Assembly: GCA_964630485.1 (NCBI GenBank) | Contig: CAZVUZ010000002.1 | Location: 689 to 64,688, forward strand | DNA length: 64,000 nucleotides | From: an uncultured Ignavibacteriales bacterium | Lineage (GTDB): Bacteria > Zixibacteria > MSB-5A5 > GN15 > FEB-12 | Direction: 5' to 3' | Notes under the pieces: model-generated | Databases searched by the model: none | Told to the model about the DNA's origin: nothing | The model's input: the letters and a program-made list of their open reading frames with translations, nothing else | In this document: in pieces, positions 42,650 to 50,758 of the stretch | How positions within the stretch are numbered: the first letter of the stretch is position 1 | Layout: the number at the start of each line of letters is the position of its first letter | Made by a program: the position numbers and the translations under genes

Positions 42650-44854
42650 TTAACCGAACAGCGACAGAATAATCTGCGGAACCTGGTTGGCCTGAGCCAG
42701 CATGGAAGTACCGGCCTGCATCAGGATCTGGTTCTGCGTGAACACTGACATTTCCTCGGCCATGTCGGTGTCGCGGATCTGCGACTCCGAGGAGGTCAGG
42801 TTCTGCGCCGAAATGCGGAGGTTGCGCAGGTTGGATTCCAGAGTGTTCTTCTGGAAACTTCCCAGCGTACCACGAGTGGTGGAAACCTCGTTAATCGCGG
42901 CATCGATTATCGACTGAGCGTCCTGGGCGCCCTGTACGGAGGTCACGTCAATCTCGGCAAGAGACTGGAACATGTTGCTGGCCAGGTTGTTACCCAGCGA
43001 GGAAGCAGCCATGTTACGGAGCGAGACCGAAGCGGTCTGGCCGACATTACCGCCGATCTGGAAGACCAGTGAACGATCGCTGTTGTTGATCGTTTCCGAA
43101 CCGCCCTGCGAGGTCAAGTCATAGTTGACATTGATAGACTCGCTGCGATCGGCATTGTAGATGGTGGAATCGATACCGGCGGTCACGGAAGTGGCCGGGC
43201 CGCCATCGAGACGGACGCTGTAGCGAGCGGCGCTCACGTCGAGCAACAGGTTACCCAGATTGACACCGTTCTGAGCCGTGGCAACGGTCAGATCGATGGT
43301 GCCGCGACCTTCAACGCCATCGGCCTTGTTACCGAGGGTGGCAGTGGTGGTCGTAGCGTACTTGACGGAACTGATGGCGGTGGTGAAGTTGTCGAAGCTC
43401 ACCAGAGCATCGGTACCGGTGTTGTACAGTGAATCCGGAGTCAGATTAAGAGCATACTGGAGTTCACCGGTGGCCGTACCGGTCGCGTCGGTGTTGTCCA
43501 GGCGAATCTTGTAATCCGAACCTTCATCCCAGGTCTTAAACTGCAGCTTATCAGAGTCGAAGATGGCCGCATCGATATCGGTCGGGTTACCGGCACCGGC
43601 AGCAACCGAACCAAAGGCCGTGGCCAGTGCTGTATCCAGAGCCGTCGTCAGGCCATCGAGCGACGTGTAAGTCGCTGCGGCCAGAGTAACGGTCTGGGTA
43701 TTGTCAGCCGCCTTGGCGGTGGTAGACGTTACCGAAAGCGTGTTCTTGGAAACACCACGAGCGGTGTCGCCGGCGCTGTGCGAAATCCAGGCCGAGCCAG
43801 TACCTGTATAGGAACTGCTGACGGCCTTAAGGGAGTACTGGGCACCTTCGTTGGCGGTGCGGAACACCAGGGCCTCGTCGCCACCACCGTCGGTGGAGGA
43901 GAAGGCTTCGACCTTACCGGCCAGAGCGGAGTTGAGCGCGATCTGCTGATTGAGATCGGAAACAACATCGGCAATGGTGTCGGTCGCTTCGGTGTTGATA
44001 GTCAGGACCTGTTCACCGGTCGGAGACTCGCCGTTTTCCTGGTAGTTCAGGGTCCAGGAATAGCTTCCGGCGTTGGCGCCGGCCGTAGCGGTGGCGGCAA
44101 CGGTGCCGGCCGAGAAAATTTCCGCACGCGTGGCGGCGGCGGCGACGGTCAGATTGTTACCGAACGCATCCGCGATGGCAACCGTACCGGAGTTCTTGGA
44201 AGCAACTTCGGACGCCTGGACGACGTCGAGATTGTGAATACCTTCGGTCAGGCTGTACGGATCGCCATCAACGTTCGCAAGGCTGACGCCCAGCGAGGTC
44301 GTATTCAGGCTGGCCGTAGAGTCGGCCGTCTTGGTAGCCGCAATGGAGTGGACGCCATCAGACAGGCGCGAATCGGAGATCGCGACCTGGGCGCTGTTGG
44401 CGCTGGTGATGGTGGCCATGTTGGACTTGGAACCGTCCAGAAGCAGTTTCGTGCCAAACTGGGTGTTGGCGGCGATACGGTCTATCGTCTGGATGGCATT
44501 GTCAATTTCAGCCTGATCGGCAGCCAACTGGTCGGCATCGTTGAAGCCTTCGTTGGCAGCATGAATGGCCAGTTCTCTCATCGACACCAGAAGGTTGTTG
44601 ATCTCGGTCAAGGCACCCTCAGCGGTCTGAATCATATTGACAGAGCCCTCTGAGTTTTCGATAGCCTGATCAAGACCGGCGATCTGGGCGCGGAACTGTT
44701 CGGAAATCACCAAACCGGCCGGATCGTCCGAACCCTGGTTGATGCGATAGCCGCTGGACAGCTTCTGCATCGAGTTGTTCAGAGCCTCGGTCGTGTTGAT
44801 CAAATTCCGGTGAGCGTTCATCGCCGAAAGATTGTGATTGATGGTCAGTGACAT
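42650..44854 (-). CDS. fliC: Flagellin (large, 734 aa)
   Basis: Conserved D0/D1 N-terminus (MSLTINHNLSAMNAHRNL..LSSGYRINQGSDDPAG) and C-terminus (TRGTLGSFQKNTLES..IRDTDMAEEM..QAGTSMLAQANQ.PQ). The central region of about 450 aa is rich in Thr, Ser, Ala and Gly. Confidence 0.95.
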   Translation of the reverse strand: MSLTINHNLSAMNAHRNLINTTEALNNSMQKLSSGYRINQGSDDPAGLVISEQFRAQIAGLDQAIENSEGSVNMIQTAEGALTEINNLLVSMRELAIHAANEGFNDADQLAADQAEIDNAIQTIDRIAANTQFGTKLLLDGSKSNMATITSANSAQVAISDSRLSDGVHSIAATKTADSTASLNTTSLGVSLANVDGDPYSLTEGIHNLDVVQASEVASKNSGTVAIADAFGNNLTVAAAATRAEIFSAGTVAATATAGANAGSYSWTLNYQENGESPTGEQVLTINTEATDTIADVVSDLNQQIALNSALAGKVEAFSSTDGGGDEALVFRTANEGAQYSLKAVSSSYTGTGSAWISHSAGDTARGVSKNTLSVTSTTAKAADNTQTVTLAAATYTSLDGLTTALDTALATAFGSVAAGAGNPTDIDAAIFDSDKLQFKTWDEGSDYKIRLDNTDATGTATGELQYALNLTPDSLYNTGTDALVSFDNFTTAISSVKYATTTTATLGNKADGVEGRGTIDLTVATAQNGVNLGNLLLDVSAARYSVRLDGGPATSVTAGIDSTIYNADRSESINVNYDLTSQGGSETINNSDRSLVFQIGGNVGQTASVSLRNMAASSLGNNLASNMFQSLAEIDVTSVQGAQDAQSIIDAAINEVSTTRGTLGSFQKNTLESNLRNLRISAQNLTSSESQIRDTDMAEEMSVFTQNQILMQAGTSMLAQANQVPQIILSLFG

Positions 44855-44862
44855 GTGTCAAA

Positions 44863-44976
44863 TCCTCCTTGAGTGATTTGGGGTATCCTTACCCTTTTTC
44901 TTGTCATATACATGCGGTGTTTACCACCTTGTCACTTCCCATGTAAGGATAGCAAAGAGTCTACATTCCTATGTAG
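44863..44976 (-). promoter_or_regulatory. Candidate CsrA-binding sites in the fliC 5' leader
   Basis: Minus-strand hairpins are CTACAT-AGGA-ATGTAG (44961-44976) and GGGTA-AGGA-TACCC (44881-44894). The SD is AAGGAGGA (44863-44870), 8 nt before the ATG. GGA presented in a loop plus GGA in the SD is the classic CsrA target layout. Confidence 0.5.
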
Positions 44977-45074
44977 CCCTGTTTTCTGATCGTGTGCTTT
45001 GCCTCCTCCTTTCCTACAACGTTGACATTTTGTCAAAAAGTACTCAGTCGCTTTGATTGCTTTCTTAAGTGAGA

Positions 45075-45101
45075 TAATCGGCTAAAACTCTCACAACTTT
45101 A
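45075..45101 (-). promoter_or_regulatory. Sigma-28 (FliA)-type promoter of fliC
   Basis: The minus strand reads TAAA-N15-GCCGATTA, against the consensus TAAA-N15-GCCGATAA. This implies a leader of about 210 nt. Confidence 0.7.
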
Positions 45102-45142
45102 CACTTGAGACAAAAAACATGCTCTGTTTTGTCCGCCTCCGA

Positions 45143-47860
45143 TCAGGCGTTTGGCGGCTCCACAACCTCTTCGGCGTTCGGAGTCAATTGTTCCACCCGG
45201 GCCTGGGCCGGGGCAAAATCGGGATCTTTCTGCAATACCCGGCGATAGCCCATTACTGCTGACTCGAAATGCCCCAGATGGCGATAACACTCAGACAGGT
45301 TATAAAGGGCCAACGGATCATCGGGGCTGGCCAGCAGAAATCTCTCATAGTATTTCATGGCCTGTTTAAAATCACCGGTGCGGGAATACAGGTCGCCCAT
45401 AAGGTGCTCCACAGCAATATCTTCCGAGTTTAACTCGCGATACTTCAGGAGCGCCTCAATGGCCTCGGCCGGTTCTTCGAGACGAGCCCTGGCCAGGGCC
45501 AGATTCCGGTATGCCAGCGCCGGACAACCGCTCATGGCGAGCGCCCGTTCATACGCCTCAGCGGCCTCGCGGTCATGGCCAAGCCTGAAGCGGCAGTTGC
45601 CTAAGTCATTGAGAATTTGAGGGGTAGCCTCATAATCTTCGAGAATTCGTTGATACCAGACCTGAGCCTCATCAATACGTTCCATTTGAAAACACAGGGA
45701 CGCCAAACGAGTCAGAGCGGTTTTTGAGGCCTGCCCCAAATCGACAAGCTGCTCAAAACACGTCAGGGCCTCGGCGTTGCGGCCAATCTCCAGATTGACC
45801 TGACCGTACTTTTCGAGGACCTCGCAATTATCCGGCTCAATCCCGAGCGCCTTTTCGAAGCAGTTGATGGCGCCGTCGAACTCATTTCGCCGAAAATGCA
45901 CATCGGCCATTCCCATCAACGCCGGTAAGGATTCCGGATCTCTTTCGAGTTGCTTCTCGAAACAGGTTTCGGCCAGACCAATCCGGCCATCCTGCAGGTA
46001 CAGCAATCCGAGTCGGTAATTGGTATCCAGAAATCCGTTCACGGTTTTCAGGGACTTCTCGAACATTTCCATCGCGGTGGCCGAATCGTGCTCCTGCTCG
46101 GCAATTACGCCCAGCCCGTAGTAGGCGCTTTCGGCGGAATCGGGGTTGAGCAGCATGATATTGTCGGTCTCCAGCGATTCATCGTACGCCGCCTGCATCT
46201 CCAGATACTCTGAATACGAATCTTTGGCCTGTTCGAGTTTCCCCTGCTTCATGCAGGCGTGCCCGAGCAGGAGGATCGCGTCCAGGTAATTGGCTTTGAT
46301 CGATATCGCCCGCCGGCAGAAATCCTCGCCAACATTATATTCCCCGGTCACGAAATTCACCCAGGCGAGCTGATGCAGGGCCATGAGGTGGATGTGCCGA
46401 GTATCTCTACCCTCTGGGTTGGCCAGTTCCATGGCCCGAGACGCCGAATGAGCGATTAACCCGGCGAACTCCGGGTGTCCTTTCAAACCCACCCCACGCA
46501 GGAGCTGAGCATAGTTGAAATGAGCGTGAAAGTTGTCGGGGTTCTCGGCCAGCTGTTTTTCGAGCAGCGCGCGCGAACGTTCAATCTTGGCTGCCATTTT
46601 CTCCGGCGACAGACCGTAGCCATAGTGCTTGAGACGAATCCCGGCCCTCAGGGGGGTTTCCCCGGATGGGACTTTCAAGAGATTGTGAACGATACCTTCG
46701 TAGCGGAGATTCAACTCTCGCTTAAAAAACCTGATGGAGGGCAGAAAAGTAACCGTCTCTTCTTTATCACCGCTGACGTTGTAAACGTTAATCGAGACAA
46801 CTCGGAATTTGTCCTGGTTGAGCACGCGCCGGATCAGGGGGATATCTTCCTGATATATGCGCTCGTCGGCGTCGATTATGAATATCCAGTCGCCGCTCGC
46901 CTGTTCCAGGCTGTAATTGCGATGTTTGGAGAAATCTCCTTCCCATTCCTGGAAGAACATTTTGGCACCGTAGGACTCGGCGATTTCGACGGTCCGATCG
47001 GAAGAGCCCGTATCGACAACTATGATCTCGTCTACCCAGTCGCGGATGGACTCGAGGCAACCGGGAAGCATCTCCTCTTCGTTTTTAACTATCATACAGA
47101 CCGAGACACTGGCTCCGGATTCGAGCGATTTCCGGTACATCCTGAGTTCGTGGATCTGGGCGCAGGCCTTGATCCCACGATCGACAACACGGCGCTCCAT
47201 TTCCATTTCCCGGCGACGCCGGTGCAGACGGGCCAAATTGAGATATGGCTGGTGGTCGGTCGGGTCGAGTGCAATTGATTTTTCGAAGGCCTCGGCGGCA
47301 ACATCAAAGTCGCCCGACTCCAGGGCGGCGGTGCCGCCGAAATTGTGAAGACGGGCCGGGCTGGCCACGAACATCGACGGTGGAGAGGCATGGTCGAGAA
47401 TACCCAGGAAGCGATTGGCGGTTTCGCGGGCTGCCCTGTACTCTCGCAGGGATAATTGGACGTATGTGAGAATGTACAGGAAATCGAGACTGTCCGGGTT
47501 GTCTTCGAGACCCCGGTGGGTGATACTATCGGCCTCGGCCAGGTTACCCCGGATGGCATTGCCGTAGGCCGTCAGGACCTCAAACCGGTATCTCAGAGAA
47601 TTATTGGCAAAAGGGTAGTCATCGCCAATGCCGTCAAAGGCGTCGACGATTTTCGCGTCGAGCCCCTGGCGCAGATAGTATTCGGCCAGGGCAAGGCGGG
47701 CCTCGATATCCTCCGGGGCGTTCCGGACGGCAGTAAGCAACACGTCAAGACGTTTGGTGGTTGTTTTCTGTGAGTTATTGGTGGTGATTTGGCGACGCCT
47801 TTTAGGCGCTGATTTGCGCGGGCTCCGTCTTTTCTTTGTTCTGGCCATAATTGTCCTCAT
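45143..47860 (-). CDS. TPR / family-2 glycosyltransferase / TPR protein (candidate flagellin glycosyltransferase)
   Basis: 905 aa with a basic N-terminus and TPR repeats. The central GT-A domain has SVCMIVKNEEEMLPGCLESI..DEIIVVDTGSSDRT and the DxD motif IIDADE. About 420 aa of TPR follow. Confidence 0.8.
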   Translation of the reverse strand: MRTIMARTKKRRSPRKSAPKRRRQITTNNSQKTTTKRLDVLLTAVRNAPEDIEARLALAEYYLRQGLDAKIVDAFDGIGDDYPFANNSLRYRFEVLTAYGNAIRGNLAEADSITHRGLEDNPDSLDFLYILTYVQLSLREYRAARETANRFLGILDHASPPSMFVASPARLHNFGGTAALESGDFDVAAEAFEKSIALDPTDHQPYLNLARLHRRRREMEMERRVVDRGIKACAQIHELRMYRKSLESGASVSVCMIVKNEEEMLPGCLESIRDWVDEIIVVDTGSSDRTVEIAESYGAKMFFQEWEGDFSKHRNYSLEQASGDWIFIIDADERIYQEDIPLIRRVLNQDKFRVVSINVYNVSGDKEETVTFLPSIRFFKRELNLRYEGIVHNLLKVPSGETPLRAGIRLKHYGYGLSPEKMAAKIERSRALLEKQLAENPDNFHAHFNYAQLLRGVGLKGHPEFAGLIAHSASRAMELANPEGRDTRHIHLMALHQLAWVNFVTGEYNVGEDFCRRAISIKANYLDAILLLGHACMKQGKLEQAKDSYSEYLEMQAAYDESLETDNIMLLNPDSAESAYYGLGVIAEQEHDSATAMEMFEKSLKTVNGFLDTNYRLGLLYLQDGRIGLAETCFEKQLERDPESLPALMGMADVHFRRNEFDGAINCFEKALGIEPDNCEVLEKYGQVNLEIGRNAEALTCFEQLVDLGQASKTALTRLASLCFQMERIDEAQVWYQRILEDYEATPQILNDLGNCRFRLGHDREAAEAYERALAMSGCPALAYRNLALARARLEEPAEAIEALLKYRELNSEDIAVEHLMGDLYSRTGDFKQAMKYYERFLLASPDDPLALYNLSECYRHLGHFESAVMGYRRVLQKDPDFAPAQARVEQLTPNAEEVVEPPNA

Positions 47861-47926
47861 CCCATGAAACTGTGTAATTCCGGCCTCCCCAGGCAGGCGA
47901 TAATCACCGCCTCCTGTACCTGCGCT

Positions 47927-48400
47927 TCAGACCCCGACTGGTTCGGCCATGCCGGGAGAAGCACATACCGCTTCCGCAGCATCCATAACCGAGTGCTTGA
48001 CCCGATAATCCGAGTTGACCAGCACAAGTTGCTTGGCCAGGCAGTTGTCGGTGTTAATCAGCACCGGCCCCTGCAGGTTGGCCGTCATCTGGGACGGATC
48101 ATCGGGAACGGTTACGATTACGTAGGTCTCGACGGCCTCCAGGCGTTTGATCTTGAGTTCGGCAATCTCTTTCGGATTGACGACAATGCGATAGTCCGGG
48201 AAGAACACCGCCGGGTTCATCACGATAAACGCCACCGCCGGATCTTCGGTCGAGTGCAGCCACAAAAAGGGTTGGACGTCGTCACGCTCGATCAGGCAAA
48301 ATGTTTCGAGATGTTCAAACCCCAGAATCGGCCGTTTCATGGTAATGATCTTGTTCTCGGGGATCTCCATCGGTCCGAATTTCAAACTGTTCAACAGCAT
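47927..48400 (-). CDS. fliW: Flagellar assembly factor FliW
   Basis: G.MEIPE..II....PILGFE.L..F.LI......PF.WL.S.EDP.VAF.V.NP..FFP.Y and ANL.GP.LIN.... Confidence 0.9.
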   Translation of the reverse strand: MLLNSLKFGPMEIPENKIITMKRPILGFEHLETFCLIERDDVQPFLWLHSTEDPAVAFIVMNPAVFFPDYRIVVNPKEIAELKIKRLEAVETYVIVTVPDDPSQMTANLQGPVLINTDNCLAKQLVLVNSDYRVKHSVMDAAEAVCASPGMAEPVGV

Positions 48401-48422
48401 ATATCCTATCCCTGTTAGGCGC

Positions 48423-50342
48423 CTAGCTCAAAAAGTCCAATAGAGTTGGCTGTATTATTTTCGCCGTCGCCATAAGCGACGCCTGGTAGTTATTCTCGTA
48501 AGTGGCCAGATCCGTGACGAGCTGCGTCAGGTCGGCATCCTCGGTGTCCGAGAGCAGTTCCGTGAACTTCAGTTCCAGGTCACTCATACGGGCACTGGTC
48601 GTTTCTAAACCGATCGTCTTGGCTCCGACCGAGGCCCGGGACGTCAATAATTCCTGGATCGATTCATCGAGATTTTGAAGCAAAAGCTCGATGGCGGGCC
48701 GGTCGTCACTGTGCATGGCATCGGACAGAAGCATCATCGAACCCATCATGTCGGTGGAGCCGTATATGCCCAGGAGCCGGCTGACCTCCGTCCCCTCGGG
48801 GTCCTTAATGGTCAGCGAGCTGTACGGATCATCATTCACGATCTGGATGCCCGTCCCCGCTTCATTGAGAGAGGCCGTAATGTCCAGTCCGGAATTGTTG
48901 AAAGTATCGATGAGATCCTGCACCGTGACGATTCCGGGATCGCTGAGGTTGAGGGTGCGGCTGGCGTTTCCCTGCCAGATCTGTATATCGCCCAGTTCGA
49001 GCCCGAGACCGTTATTGAGATCCGCGATATTGGCCGTGAGCGACAGGGCCGGATTAAGATCGTTGCCGGTGAAGTCACCGAAAAAGTCGCCGTCGATGCC
49101 CAGGTCGGCCGCCGTGGTGCCCGAAACTTCGGCAACGGAGAAACTGACGGTCGGTTGAAGGCCGGTTCCGGCGAGTGTCGGATCGACGCGGCCAACGATA
49201 CCGAGATTGGCGGCCGTCGATTCGGTGCCGGCGACATCGGAGATACTCAGCCCCAGCGGGACGCCGTTGGTATCGTTTATTTCGAAACCCGTCCCGGCGG
49301 CGTTTATTTGCATCGTTACATTAGCGACTCCGGCCGCAGCCATTTGGCTGTTGAACAAAGTGACGACATCGCCAATCGTACTCGCCCCGGACAGGTCAAC
49401 CTCGACGCTCGTCGCGCCGCCGTCGCTGACCAGGATAGATCCCGGCTGGAGATCAATGCCGTTGCCGGAGTTGAGAACACCCAGGTCGGTCACGTTGGAA
49501 ATGCGGCCGCTGGCCGTGGTGTCCAACATGATGTTGTTACCGTCCGGCCCCAGGGCCGCCACGACATCGGTTATACCGTCCATGGCCAGCTGAACATTGA
49601 TCGTATTAATAGCGTTTTGCACCGTACCGGCGCCGCTGATGTTTATCGTCGAGGTAAGGCCGAGGTTTCGGTCGGTGATGGTAAAGGTACCGGGCAACTG
49701 GTCGATACCGTCACCGCCATGAAGATCGGCCAGAAGCGTATTCGCCGCAACACCGAGATTGAAGTCGGCCTCGCTGCCGAGGGGACTCAACTGGGCCAGG
49801 AATACGTCGGCACCGTTGAGGTTGACCGTCTGGCGGGAACCGGACTCGATAGCGAAATCGATCTGACCGTTATCGCCCATGTAGGTCGCCCCGTAGGCCG
49901 TGGCCACCAGGGCCTTGGCATCGGTGCGGAAGCCGGAGAAGACGCTTTTCCCTTCCAGTTCGCTGTTGGCAAGCTGAATCATCCGATCGAAAATGGAGTC
50001 GATCTCGCTGGCCGCCGCCGCCCGCTCAGTATCGCCGTAGGTATCATTGGCCATGGCGATGGCAAGTTCCTTGGCGTCGGTGGTCATGTTTTTCAAATCG
50101 GCCAGTATGGTCTCATAGTTAGTCTGCCAGGTGAGACCGGAACTGATGTTCTTCTGATATTGCTCGATCTTGGCCAGTTCCGTCCGATAGTCGAGATCAC
50201 GGATGGTTCCCATGGGATCATCCGAAGGCGCGTTGATCTTTCGCCCGGTCGACATCTTTGACTCGAGATCGAGATAACGCGACAGCGATCTCTGGGTGTT
50301 GAAGATGACCGTATTGGCCACCATCGCATTGGTCACTCGCAT
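48423..50342 (-). CDS. flgL: Flagellar hook-associated protein 3 FlgL (enlarged, 639 aa)
   Basis: Flagellin-like N-terminus MRVTNAMVANT...LSTGRKINAPSDDP and C-terminus DADLTQLVTDL...YQASL. The central insert holds three repeats of about 70 aa. Confidence 0.9.
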   Translation of the reverse strand: MRVTNAMVANTVIFNTQRSLSRYLDLESKMSTGRKINAPSDDPMGTIRDLDYRTELAKIEQYQKNISSGLTWQTNYETILADLKNMTTDAKELAIAMANDTYGDTERAAAASEIDSIFDRMIQLANSELEGKSVFSGFRTDAKALVATAYGATYMGDNGQIDFAIESGSRQTVNLNGADVFLAQLSPLGSEADFNLGVAANTLLADLHGGDGIDQLPGTFTITDRNLGLTSTINISGAGTVQNAINTINVQLAMDGITDVVAALGPDGNNIMLDTTASGRISNVTDLGVLNSGNGIDLQPGSILVSDGGATSVEVDLSGASTIGDVVTLFNSQMAAAGVANVTMQINAAGTGFEINDTNGVPLGLSISDVAGTESTAANLGIVGRVDPTLAGTGLQPTVSFSVAEVSGTTAADLGIDGDFFGDFTGNDLNPALSLTANIADLNNGLGLELGDIQIWQGNASRTLNLSDPGIVTVQDLIDTFNNSGLDITASLNEAGTGIQIVNDDPYSSLTIKDPEGTEVSRLLGIYGSTDMMGSMMLLSDAMHSDDRPAIELLLQNLDESIQELLTSRASVGAKTIGLETTSARMSDLELKFTELLSDTEDADLTQLVTDLATYENNYQASLMATAKIIQPTLLDFLS

Positions 50343-50366
50343 AACCGTGTTCCTGTTCTACGGCAT

Positions 50367-50711
50367 TCAGCCATTTAGAGCGTTGCCGGAGCCGGGCCCC
50401 TTGCGCGGGCGGCGGCGCGTCCGGTCGTCATCTTTGTAATCAATCTCAGGCGGTTTCGCCTTATCGACGTCCTTACCCTTGATCTTGCCCCTGATCATGC
50501 TCACCATGCCGATAAAGTCTTCCTTGATCGACTTTGAGGCCCGGCGATTCTCGGCCTGGATTTTGACATACACCTCTTCCCTGTGTACGACGACGTCCAA
50601 TGGCGCATCGATACCGATTCGCACCTGCCGACCGTGGATACCCAGTACGGAGACCTTGATATCGTCTCCAATGGTGATGGACTCACCCAACTTCCTTGTT
50701 AATATCAGCAA
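50367..50711 (-). CDS. csrA: Carbon storage regulator CsrA with a long charged C-terminal extension
   Basis: [45 protein letters not shown] is canonical CsrA. The product is 114 aa versus the usual 60-75 or so. Confidence 0.9.
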   Translation of the reverse strand: MLILTRKLGESITIGDDIKVSVLGIHGRQVRIGIDAPLDVVVHREEVYVKIQAENRRASKSIKEDFIGMVSMIRGKIKGKDVDKAKPPEIDYKDDDRTRRRPRKGPGSGNALNG

Positions 50712-50758
50712 CGTAACCCTCCGTGGTTTTCTATGTTAAGCTGCCGGTGATGGTTGCC

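Noticed and set aside
48675-50261. 528-aa plus-strand ORF
   Set aside because: It is antisense to flgL. It is Gly/Arg/Val-rich and shadow-like in composition, and the conserved flagellin-like termini support the minus-strand reading.
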